DNA of 64,000 nt. Origin: Lytechinus pictus (taxonomy: Eukaryota). Below the pieces are notes generated by a model that saw only the letters and a list, made by a program, of their open reading frames with translations, was not told the DNA's origin and ran no database searches. Position 1 is the stretch's first letter. Each line of letters begins with the position of its first letter. The stretch covers positions 7,938,001 through 8,002,000 of the forward strand of contig NC_087249.1 of the NCBI RefSeq assembly GCF_037042905.1, read 5' to 3'. A program made the translations under genes and the position numbers. Positions 1 to 11,747 of the stretch are shown here, piece after piece.

Positions 1-330
1 TCATTTTGTATACCACTTTTAACATACTTATCTGGAACCATTAATATGTAAACGAACCCTATATTATGAAAAATGAAAAAAAAATGAAAATCCATAATTT
101 ATTGTTCGAAATAGACATGAAATTAAATACTCCGAAAATGTGCTTTGCCCAATTGATCGTTGGCCCGGCAGCCTGTGCAGCGCCAGGACACGCTAGGTAT
201 ACCCTTTGAATTGCCGTCTTCAACTATTCCGCGCAAGGACAGAATGTAAAAGAAATTTCTTTATTTTTATTGTGTTGGAGCCGATTTGTCGAATGGACCC
301 CCTGTAAATGTTCAGACTTGTACAGTTTAA

Positions 331-608
331 GGCTTGGTCCCACTGCACTTATGGATGCGGAGAGGATGTAAAACGGAAAAGAATCTTGCCATCCGTTAGA
401 AAACGTTATGTATCCGTTGTGTACTCTTTGCATTCGTGGTTCATACGCTCTATACCCATCGAGCAGCCGCCCACTGCGATTTCATTGTTCGCCCATTGTG
501 TTCATTGTCTGGAGCGGACGAAAACTGATGGAGCCACCCCGAAATTTTGCTTGTCCGCTGTATCCATTGTGGATAAGTTTTGTGTCCGTCGGTCAGTGGG
601 ACCAGGCC
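331..608. mobile_element. Short non-autonomous TIR element (PIF/Harbinger-like MITE)
   Basis: Terminal inverted repeats ggcttggtcccactg / cagtgggaccaggcc, flanked by ttaa on both sides; no credible coding content. Confidence 0.6.
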
Positions 609-944
609 TTAAGATTAAAATATATATATATATGCAAAGCCTATCATAATGATGCGGTACCATTTTAATAGCGCTATCCACGTATCTATACTTTTTAGAT
701 TGCCATCGGTTATCTACTCTCAATGTTTTGTTATTAGTAGTTTATGTTACCTCACACTGTATTTGTATGATGAATGATATTTGTTTGACTGCAGGGCGTC
801 ATAAAGCACTTTTTTTATACAAAACTACGAGCCAACCCTGCTGTATTAAGTAAAGAGAACAAAAATACATAAATGAATATCAATTGATATATTACATACT
901 TGTATTACTATATTAACGTTGTTAATTTGACTACAGTTGTTTAA

Positions 945-1518
945 AGGACAAGTCCACCCCAACGAAAAGTTGATTTGAATAAAAAGAGAAAAATCCAACA
1001 AACGTGATACTGAAAATTTCATCAAAATCGGATGTAAAAGAAGAAAGTTATGACATTTTAAAGTTTCGCTTAATTTCACAAAACAGTTATATGCACATCC
1101 TGGCTGGTATGCAAATAAGGAGACTATGACGTCATCCACTCACCATTTATTTTGTATTTTATTATATTACATATGAAATATTCTAATTTTACAACGATTA
1201 TAATTCCTCCCTGAACATGTGAAATTAGCATTGTTTAATACTATATGAGTCAGTCAAGTTGGTCCTTATTGTCGATTCTATAAAAAATGAAATATTGTAT
1301 AATTCAAACAATAAAAAACAAAAGAAATAGTGAGTGATGGACATCATCGACTGACTCACCTAGTTGTGCTTGTCACTGTTTTGTGAAAAATAAGCGAAAC
1401 TTTAAAATGTCATAACTTTCTTATTTTACATCCGATTTTGATGAAATTTTCAGCCCTATGCTAGTTTGATTTTTCTTTATTTATTCAAGTCAGCTTTTTC
1501 CTGGGGTGGACTTGACCT
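945..1518. mobile_element. Non-autonomous Kolobok-like DNA transposon (TTAA target)
   Basis: ttaa|aggacaagtccacccc ... ggggtggacttgacct|ttaa. Long subterminal inverted repeats (ctgaaaatttcatcaaaatcggatgtaaaa... / ...ttttacatccgattttgatgaaattttcag). Confidence 0.75.
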
Positions 1519-3150
1519 TTAATTATTTACTCTTTAAAACATAGACGTAGTTGGACGAAATTCGCACGATTGAATTATGCATAATTACCCTTACTATAAA
1601 TCATTTGTATTTACAATAATATTCATGTATAATTGTAGAGAAGTCTTTTTGTACAGGACTGAGATGAAAAATACTCTACCTACACAGTGTATGCGACAGC
1701 GTGTTCCCAGTGTGGAACATACTGTGAAATCATCTTCACACTGTTACATTTTAGTATATATTTCAACTGTGGGAATCGCATATTCACATCGTCGACCATG
1801 TGAACACGCTGTGAACAGTCACACACACTGTAGAGGAGTCCACAGCGTGCAAAATATCTTCATACTGTTGAAACTGAGCATTATAACAGTGTGAATAATG
1901 CATGTATATTCTCGTAGTCCACTATGTGAAAACACTATGATCACACTTTGACACTGTGTTCTCTTCAACGGGGTTGATCTTATTATCATGATTCCATATA
2001 TCATAATTAATATTTAGAAATAAACATATGACTATTTCCACTAGTCGTACTAGTCGATATTCTTGAATCGGTTTGGCCCTGGGAATAATTCCTTGGGGTG
2101 CTGCGTGTATTATTCTCCATAGGCTGCGTGTATTATTTTTCCATCTAGTGTTAGCACCCCAGTTATTATGGAAGATGTGTAAAAAAGGAAAAATGTAACC
2201 AAAGTGACCGTCGCTATGTAATGCAACCTTTTATTATTATTTTTTTTGCTTTTCAAATTCCTCGGTACCAATTTGACCTCCATTTTGCAGTGAAAACCCT
2301 TTTTTTTTTGCTTTTCAAATGTACATCAGCACCCCCAGTTTAAAAAAAAATCGTTTTCAGGGCCCCGTTACACAAGCTTTTCAATTGATTCCAGGATTGT
2401 ATATAACGATCGATCATACACCATAATCATTGCAATCAATCTTAAAAATCAATCACTATGCCTTGAGTAAGGAAGCCCATATGATGCAGTCTCCTTGACA
2501 TTAGCGAGCTCTAAAGAAACTAAGGTTCTCTCGTCTGAAACTATCGAAACATTCAACTTGATTTATAAAAAGTTTTATTTCAATAATTAGTATCAGATGC
2601 CTTTTGTTCCATTTTACTCTATTTTTCTCTTCTTGATTGTGTGAATGATTTGGGTTATCCAATATTTTATAACTAATGATATTTTGCCTAGCGGTATTTA
2701 TTTTGTAAATTTTCTACTTAAATCTCGTGTGTTATGCTCGATGATAATTAGACTTCTAATTTCCTTCATGAATTTTGTTCAATTATTTATTATGTCAATA
2801 ATATCATACACTTAAGTTTATATTTTGCTGTCATTGTGTTGTCTATAGGATAACTAATCTCATTTCACCGATTCCTCAAAAATTCAGTGTTATCTTTGAA
2901 CAATCTTTGTATTAGTAATAATTTTGATTTTAATGTTATTGAATTCATTCATTATTTGTATAGAACCTAAGTTACTCTTATCTTTATGTACATGTATATA
3001 TTGCCATTTTATGTAAACAGGACCATGCTGAAAACCGTCAATCTGAGCTTGTTATCCTGTATAAAGATATTTAAATAAATAAATAAAATAATAAATATTA
3101 TTTCTAAAGAACATTCCAGGGTGGATCCTATCCAAATAGCTAGATGAGAG

Positions 3151-3873
3151 CCCTGTCTTACAAAGAGTTACGATTGATCTGATCATCTTAAGTTGCATGG
3201 AAATCCAACAATGTCACAATTTTTTTTTTTCCAGGAAATTTGCATGATGTCCTTTGTAAACACAAAAAAGCACACTGAATTTTCAAGAAAACATTGAATG
3301 TATGATTATATATCACATCTAGAGTATACTTTGAACAAACATGCATTATAGATGTTGACGTTGCTGGTTTTCCATAGTTTGATTTGATTTGATATATTTT
3401 TTTCCACTCTTGTTTTCATTTAAAATTCACAATAAAACATACCTAAAAAAAAAAAGAAGTATAAGTCATAATAATACATACATGAGAAACAAAGAGTAAT
3501 TGGATTACAATTGTCAATTTGAAAAGGCGAACATGTATAGAAAATTAACAAAGTATTCACTAACTATATAAGTACCATAAGTTTGAAAAGGTTTCTACAA
3601 AAAAACAATAGTATCGGAACCTTAATTAAAAACAATGCTTGTATTTCTTAGGTCCCTAAAAAATACAAATAGTTTCATGATAATTGTTTTTCATAAGGTA
3701 AAACACAGAATTAGCCCAACACTGTTTGGACTGACTACATACGTTCAACAACTACACAGTGCACAAAAATGAAATGAAAAGCTGATGTAAAGGAGTAAAA
3801 GAAAGAAAACAAGAGAGAGGGGAGACCCAAAAAATTGTGGTTGATCGTATCAATCCTAACTCTTTGTAAGACT
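3151..3873. mobile_element. MITE interrupted by a second insertion, immediately 3' of the Grl stop codon
   Basis: Inverted ends gtcttacaaagagttacgattgat / atcaatcctaactctttgtaagac. The A-rich segment ~3380-3835 starting with ttgatttgattt looks like a retroelement tail. Confidence 0.5.
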
Positions 3874-3898
3874 AAAAAGTCCATTCGTTGGCTCAGTC

Positions 3899-4021
3899 TT
3901 AGGTCGTATAGGCGGTCGTAGAGGTCGCAAAGGTGGAGTTTCTGATGCCATCGGATTCATCTGGACACAGGCCCTTAAACTGCAGGAGGATGGTGAAGTA
4001 GGTTATGAGTGTGCTTATGAC
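3899..4021 (-). CDS. Grl shared terminal exon (constant exon 3; TM7b pore helix plus C-tail)
   Basis: Acceptor ttctttccgtatgtctcacag|GTC, phase 0. Translates VISTLITYFTILLQFKGLCPDESDGIRNSTFATSTTAYTT*, containing the Gr/Grl TYhhhhhQF signature. Confidence 0.93.
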   Translation of the reverse strand, partial: VISTLITYFTILLQFKGLCPDESDGIRNSTFATSTTAYTT

Positions 4022-4146
4022 CTGTGAGACATACGGAAAGAAGAACAAAAATATCATGCCTGGAATATTAGAAAATAAGCATTAGGACGTCAAAATCTAT
4101 TTTACCTTGGTCGAAGTTTTGGAGGCTATTTGGTTCATGCAAACAG

Positions 4147-7100
4147 TTTCAAATTTCAAATTCATTTATTTCACATCTGTAAAAAACATACAAGATACAA
4201 TATATCGAGATCAATCAAAATGATTCCATAGTAAAGGAGTAAAGGAGTAATGAATATTGTAAAATGACAAATTAACAAAAATAACAAAATACATAGGGTA
4301 ATGAATGCGATGTGGGGGAATAGCAAAAGCCAAATAGACCTATTTAGGCTACTCCCTGATTAACATTCATTACCGAAAAAAGACCATCCTGCAATCAATT
4401 GATTAGATTGCAAGAAACACACATTTCAAAATAAACGAAATCAACAAACTAATGAAAAATTTGAAGAAAAAAAATAACAACTACATTACAAAAAAATATG
4501 TTTAAAAAACATACACATAAAAGCAAGCAAGCTTATTCACTGAGAACATGGTGAAGTATACATATTTAGAAGGTAAGACTTACATCTTACTTTAAATGAA
4601 TTTAGCGAAGGACTTTCTTTTATTTCAGGGGGCAAACTGTTCCATATGAGTGGTCCACTATAACTTATGACTGTTCTTGAGAAAGAAAAGCGGTAAAAAG
4701 GAATGTATAAATTATCAGAATTTCTCGTATTATATTTGTTTACACTGCGATTTGTTTTAAAATAACTGTTAAATGTGTCAGGCAACTGATTCTTGTAGTA
4801 TGAAAACATAAAAATTGCAGTGTGAAGGGTAAGTATATCATAAATTTTTAGAATCTTTAATTTACGGAATAATTGATGAGAGTGAGCTAAATATGGGGAA
4901 TTTGTTATTATTCTTATTGCCCGTTTTTGTAAGCGAAATAATTGTAGCTTTAAATAATTTGCACAGTCCCCCCATACGACATTGCAATAGCTGAGATGCG
5001 TGAGTATCATTGTATTGTATAATTGAACACGAATATGCAATGGTAAGTCACCTTTGATTCTATTAAGTACACCAATGGTTTGAGAAATCTTCATAGAAAT
5101 ATTATTTACATGTTGTTTCCAACTCATGCTATCGTCAATTGTGACACCTAGGAATTTCGTATATTGCACTTTCTGAATTTCAAAATCATTTATATATAAT
5201 TTTATGGAGTTTTCTTCAATTTTCTTATTTTTAGGCTTAAAAATCATAAAAGATGTCTTCTTAGTGTTAATTTGTAGTCTGTTGGCTTGGAACCACATGT
5301 GAACTTTTTCGATTTCAGAATTTAAAATATTATTTAATTGAATGGGATCCTTACCAGATAAAAATAAACTTGTATCGTCTGCAAATAAGGCAGTAGTTAA
5401 AATATTACTTACATGTTGCAGGTCATTGATGTACAATATAAAAAGAAGAGGGCCTAGGTTAGACCCCTGGGGTACCCCTACTCTAATGTCCTGAAAGTCT
5501 GAATGAATTTTGTTGATGCATACACATTGTTTTCGATTTCTTAAGTAACTGATTAACCACTTCAATACTGTCCCTCTAAACCCGTATGATGATAGCTTAT
5601 CAATTAAAATATTATGGTCTATACAATCGAATGCTTTAGATAAGTCTAAAAATACACCAATCGTTATTGCTTTGTTTTCATATTCCTTAGCTATTTTTTC
5701 AGTTAAATCAATTAATGCATGAGCAGTGTTGTATCCCTTTCTGAAACCGAATTGCTTGTTATATAATATGTTGTGTTTTGAAATAAATGCTATCAATTTG
5801 TCATCTACTATTTTTTCAAAAACCTTGCTGAAAACTGATAAAATTGATATGGGTCGGTAGTTAGTTACTAGTGTTTTATTACCATTCTTAAAGATAGGAG
5901 TTACTTTAGCAAGTTTTAAAGAGTTCGGAAACACACCATTTTCAAGAGACATATTAATGATTTTACATAAAGGGGAAACTATTGCATGAATTGAATATTT
6001 AACTACCTTAGGACTAATATCATCGTAACCCGCGCTTTTATTCGCATCCAATTTCAAAATGACATCATATATATTTCTTTCTGTTACTGGCGTAAAGTAC
6101 ATAGAATGACAAATACTGTGTTTCATAAACCTTTTAAAGTTATTTTCTTGAGATAGATTTCTAGTACTCTCATGTATTTTAGAACCAATACTACTAAAAA
6201 AAATCATTAAATACACTTACAATTTCTTGCTGATTATCGGTCACTTCTCCATTATTTTCAATACTATAATCAACATCTCTATTCTTATTTTTTTGTTAAA
6301 ATGTTATTTATTATTTTCCATGTCGCTCTAGAATTGTGTTTTACATTTTTCAAATTTATGATGATAGAATTCACGCTTCTTTTTACGAATGAAGCTATGG
6401 ACCATGTTTCTGTAACTTTTATATACATTCTCTCTATAGGAAGTTGGGTTCTTTAAAAATTTCTTATATAAAAAGTATTTTCGTTTGCACATTTTCTTGA
6501 TATCCGTATTAAACCATGACCTTTCTGTAGATGTCTTTTTTATTTTAACATTTGTTATTGGAAAACTTTCATTATATAGTTTTTTGTAAATGTCTAAAAA
6601 TATATCATAAACTTCATCAACGTTTTCTGTATTGTTTAAACATGTCCAATCAACACACTGTAATTTTCTACAAAATGTAATCATATTTTTTTCACAGAAG
6701 TCTCTTATAGGGTAATGGGTCTTTGAATTATTAGAGATTAAAGGACCTTCAATTATGACGAAAGGGGTTAGGTGATCACATCTGTTGTAATGATACCAGC
6801 TTCTACGACACTTTCAGGTTGGTTATAAAATATATTATCTAATATTGTTGCCGAATTACTTGTTATCCTTGTGGGTTTATTAATTAATGGAAAATATGAA
6901 AAGGTAGAAAAAATATTAACGAAATCATGATTACATGACATTAAATCTAGGTCCATCAAATTAACATTAAAATCCCCCATGATAATACATTGTTTTTTCT
7001 CACTTGAGATTTTGCTTAAAGGTATTTGAACTGTTTCTAAAAAATCTTTTAATGATTGGCTAGGAGGTCTATAGATGACTGAAACTATGAAACATATTGA

Positions 7101-7520
7101 TCTTATGTGGATTTCAATAAATAAACTCTCTATACAATTTTGGAAAATGTCTAAATCCGGTCTCCTTTTAAATTTAAGATTTTTATTTACCTATATTCCA
7201 ACTCCACCTCCACGCTTGTTATCACGGTTACTAGTAATAAAAGAAAAGTCTGGTATATTATAATATTGTTCCTCATTATCTCTAAGCCATGTTTCAGATA
7301 TACCAAATACTGTAATATAATTCTTAAAGCAATTAATACATTCTGAGAACCTGCTAAAATTACGTCTCAAGCTTCGACAGTTAAAATGAAGCATTGTTAA
7401 AGTATCTTTAGTATTGTAATTATTCATTAAGTTCGAAAAATCGTTTGGGGTGTAATACTTATTATCGGCACGGATCATTCTATTATCCAAACCATCAATA
7501 TTATCCATAGCACAAATCAT
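4147..7520 (-). mobile_element. Disabled non-LTR retrotransposon, CR1/L2 group (APE endonuclease plus reverse transcriptase)
   Basis: RT motifs GVPQGSNLGPLLFILYINDL and LFADD in ORF 4537-6216. Endonuclease pieces HFNCRSL, GISETWL, RGGGVGI, MGDFN, PTRIT..ATILDNIF lie in 7520-6768, broken by a stop at ~7191 and frameshifts. The 3' tail is aataaatgaatttgaaatttgaaa. The 5' boundary is unresolved. Confidence 0.92.
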
Positions 7521-9969
7521 AATAATTTTCTTGATGCCTTCTGATATTATACATATAACAAATTAAATCATATAATAAGCTTGCGTTGACAAGACGAACA
7601 ATTAAACTTGGAAAAATTAAACAAAATGCAACAATAAGGGGGAAATAAAAAAGTAAAAATACATAATTCATGTTAACAAATACTTTTGAAACAAGGCGGT
7701 ATACACTTGAATCTCAGTGATATTCGTGAATAACATCAACTGACAAAATAGGAAAAAAAAATATATACATGTTCATGGACACAGAATACTATCCATTCCT
7801 AGCCATACACCAGTCGTTGTCTTTGTAAGTGATCAGATAAGCACTTTCAGAACAAATATGTGCAATATATAATTATTTTCAATACAACGTATTATCGTAA
7901 AACATTTCATATATATATATTTAAAAAAAAATATATATATGAGTATTGGTGTTGTGATATTTTAATGAACAGTATAAGTATGTATGTTGCAAAAAATGAT
8001 ATGTGTTTGTGTTATGTGTTTCATTCAATTATTATCATTAAAAAAAATGAACAAGTATTCATTATGTAATGTTAGAATTCATATTCTTATATCAGAACTT
8101 GGTCTTTAGACAGATGTCTGTAAAATCTATCAATATTTGTGTTGTAGTTGTTAAATGAGTGTATATTGTTTTAGTAAACTGTCAGTTACGAATGGTGTGT
8201 ATTTAAAAGTAATATTTCATTCATAAAATTGTTAAAAGTGTAAAAGTTTTGTGTTGGATGTGTAAATGTATGAATTAATACCAAAAAAACCCAAAGAAAT
8301 GGCCTTTAGAAATATATATTAGGGGGAAGAAAAAAATGTGTGTATATCGGTGTTGTGATGGTACAATCAATGTACTATTATAATAAACAGTAAGATATTA
8401 CGATTGTAAATGTGTGTTTGTGTAATATGTGTTTCATCCATTTATTCATAAGTCATTAATAAATGTATACGTATTTAATGTATAATATATAAATTCATTA
8501 TCATATACCAAACACCATTTTCCTTTTTTTGTACAACACATTTTATACTTGTGTTATAAAAATATATACTGTACAATTTAACTAATCAGAAACAAAAAAG
8601 ACCCATGGACCCTGCCATGTTGTGACTCAAGAAACTCCCTCCAACCGAGTAGAAATTCAGTTGAAAGTTTCAGTTGAAAGTTTCACTATAGCTCAAAACG
8701 ATACTTTGAATTTGGCGATCGCAGCATCATAGTATAAGGGTTACGTAGACAAGTGCTAACAGTATTTTTGTGGAAATGTGAGATTTTTGGGTTCAACTAA
8801 AACACTTATTCTCAACGTATACTCAGAGGCGGAGGAGTAGGGGGTGGGGGCAGGGGGCGACCGCCCTCTGAAAAGAGACAGAAAAATTAAGAATAAAAAG
8901 AATAAAAACGAAGAATGTAGAAAGCGAAATGTTGAATTGTATGCCTTACGATTGTCTCATCTTAAGATCCTCCTTAAACTCCTATATTTATACAAAAAAA
9001 TGAAGTAAACTTAAGGTCACCCTGCCCCCCCCCCCCACCATCAAAGTTTCTCCAGGTGCCGCTGCCGCCTATGATTTTGAGCAAGACAGACATAGTGCGC
9101 CTTTATGCAGTTATGGTAAATTTGATGAATGGTAATTCTAAAGTGCCATTTGCTTGGTGAGATGTATTGTATCTTGTCATGTCGTCTAAATGTCATCATT
9201 ATGTCGACATAGCGAGATATTTTTTCTTGCCAAGTTGACTTACAAAAGTTACATTTCAACATGGCGAGATACGTTTTATTGATACGTTGAGCAACAAAAA
9301 TTAGTCACGTGATGTCGACATGACGGAATATGCATGTATTTATCTTGCCTAGTTGAGTTATTAAAATGTGCATGTATATGTTGTCATGGTGACGGTGACA
9401 AATCAGTTTTATGGACACCGTATGAACGGTTTTATACCATTTATTGCTATGAATAAAAATCGTTCTTATGGTATTCGTAAAGGCATTTGTGACCGTAGAA
9501 TTACACTACCGTTACCTATTGTGTATCTTGTCATGTCAAAGTAATTTTTACAAGTCGGTCCGGCAAGTTAAATATCTAGCACTAGCCTTGACCACACGTG
9601 GAATCTTATATAGTCGGAGTAAAATTCTATTATGCATGGATTAAAATTCCAAAGATATTTCTTTTATCACGACCAAGACGAAGGCTGTTATGGTCGGAGG
9701 AAGCCCAGTTGGAGGAAAGTTCGGAGTAGTGAGTGCCCGTCTGGACAAAGGTACTCCGACCTTCCTCCAACCAAGATACTCCTACTGGTTTCCCGGGAGT
9801 ATCTTGGTCGGAGTAACGTCGGATTATATCTGCACAGACGGGCACTACTCCGACTTTTCCTCCGTCTAGGCTTCCTCCGACCAAAAGGGCCTTTTTATTA
9901 GTCATGATAAGAGAAATGTTTAATCCATTCATAGTGGAATTTTACACCGGCTAGGATCCTACGTCTGAT

Positions 9970-10231
9970 CAAGGGCGGAAATCTCTCCCCAAAGGTAGGG
10001 GAACCAGGGGCCGGAAAATTTGACAAGCCCCCCCCCCAAAAAAAAAAAAAAAAGTTAACACCCCAAAAGTAAGGTCATTTTGACCAAAATAAATTTGACA
10101 AGCAAAAAAAAAATGAATGATGCATTTCTTTCCATCATAAAAGAACAGAAATAGTAGGGGGACATTTGATATTGTGTCTCCCCTACTATTTTGGATAGGG
10201 GGACGCGTCCCCCTTGGGATTTCCGCCCATG
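9970..10231. mobile_element. hAT-like MITE
   Basis: TIRs caagggcggaaatc / gatttccgcccatg with a near-identical 8-bp flanking duplication (c/t)gtctgat. Same family as 21394-23325. Confidence 0.7.
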
Positions 10232-10460
10232 TGTCTGATCAAGGCGTTTGTTGACATAATGATGCTATAGACATGGCGAGCTTAAATATACTGTGTAGCC
10301 ATTTCGTCAAGCACATGGCACTTTGAATATTCCGTAGGAATTAACTGACACATTATGCCTTGTAAAATCTTTACTGGTCACAATAGTATCTCAAAAGGAA
10401 GCATCAATGTTTATTTAAGCTACTGGAACAAAATAATGACTATTTCAGCAGGTCACCTAC

Positions 10461-10553
10461 CGCTAAAACTCGTTCCTTGGTAATGACGAAGCAACCGAGA
10501 GCTGTCATTCCTATCTCTGGTCCGTCCAACCGAGCCAAAAACAGCATCTGAAT
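10461..10553 (-). CDS. Grl shared exon (constant exon 2; intracellular anchor/TM7a)
   Basis: Pyrimidine tract then aag|ATTCAG|ATG (two in-frame acceptors, 10553 or 10547). Translates (IQ)MLFLARLDGPEIGMTALGCFVITKERVLA; donor GCG|gtaggt; phase 0-0. Matches the Gr-type 'F..RL...IG.TA.G.F.ITK' segment. Confidence 0.92.
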
Positions 10554-11224
10554 CTTGAATGAGGAAAAGATAAATAAATAAAAGTCAAATAACGTTGTTG
10601 GTAAAGTGACGAGAGGCCTTACCCATAACTTTGAAATGCCAAAAATACAATCCCCCATGGCATGCCATACATTTCCTACACGAGGTGGTGAGGTATGAAT
10701 GCATTTTCAGTGATTCGAAATTAAAAAGGCTTTGCAAGATAGGGATATCATAATCATGGTAATAACAGTTCGTTTCTTTACAAAAATAGACGATTACATA
10801 TCTGCGTCTGTAAATTCCAAATTTGGTTTTGATGCAGGTACGACAGGTACGAAATGATTAAGAATGTGGCTTCTGATATTGAAGTCAATCAAAATAATTT
10901 GCTGGTAGTCTGCATCTTGTGTTAGTCTAATATGGTTCAAGAAAAGATTTAAGAAAAATAGTTATATTAATAATAATACCAATAATGCATAAAATTTGTA
11001 AAGCGCACTTTCCATCTTAAATAGATGCTCAAGGCGCTTCAGATCAAATTACAGAAAGGGAAAAAAAATACATGGCAAATTCGAACTATACAAGGATAGC
11101 GTTCAATACATAGAAGATTGTCTGTCAAAAACCACATACATGTACGTCTTCGGGGAGCCCCTGAAAGTGGTTGCACATGTCTGGGTTTTTAATAGTATGA
11201 AATTAAGAAAGAAATGCGGTTTAC

Positions 11225-11290
11225 CTGCGCGATTTCTGGATCAAATGTTGCAGTCTGGAGATCGTGTACATGGCGTCGAAGAGAATGTGC
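11225..11290 (-). CDS. Grl shared exon (constant exon 1)
   Basis: Acceptor tttaaataatgtacag|GCA, 66 nt, AHSLRRHVHDLQTATFDPEIAQ, donor CAG|gtaaac. Phase 0-0, so it joins ..VHEK to the next exon in frame. Confidence 0.88.
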
Positions 11291-11302
11291 CTGTACATTA
11301 TT

Positions 11303-11747
11303 TAAAAAAAACACACACAAAAAAAAGGTCCGCTATTAATATCTACAATATTTGTGTGAACTTTATATAACTGTATGATAATGATACTTACATAAATGTA
11401 CGTTCAATGGTAGTTTATCATTAGATGAGACTATTCTAAATCACAAATTCAAATAATGATATGTCGGTAAAATACCCACCCTCCCCAAAAAAAACCTTGT
11501 ATAAATCGATGCAAGGATTTATTTTCTAAAAAAACACACACACACACAAAAGTCCGCTATTAATATCTACAATATTTGTGTGAACTGTATGATAATGATA
11601 CTTACATAATTTTACGTTCAATGGTAGTTTATCATTAGATGACACTATTCTAAATCACAAATTCAAATAATGATATGTCGGTAAAATACCCCCCCCCCTC
11701 CCCCCAAAAAAACCTTGTATAAATCGATGCAAGGATTTATTTTCTAT
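11303..11747. repeat. Tandem duplication, 2 x ~220 bp
   Basis: The block aaaacacacac..gtccgctattaatatctac...gcaaggattt(t)attttcta occurs twice head-to-tail, with the junction at ~11528. Confidence 0.9.

Noticed and set aside
4537..6216. Intact host reverse transcriptase gene or active LINE
   Set aside because: Upstream endonuclease and linker regions are broken by a stop and frameshifts.
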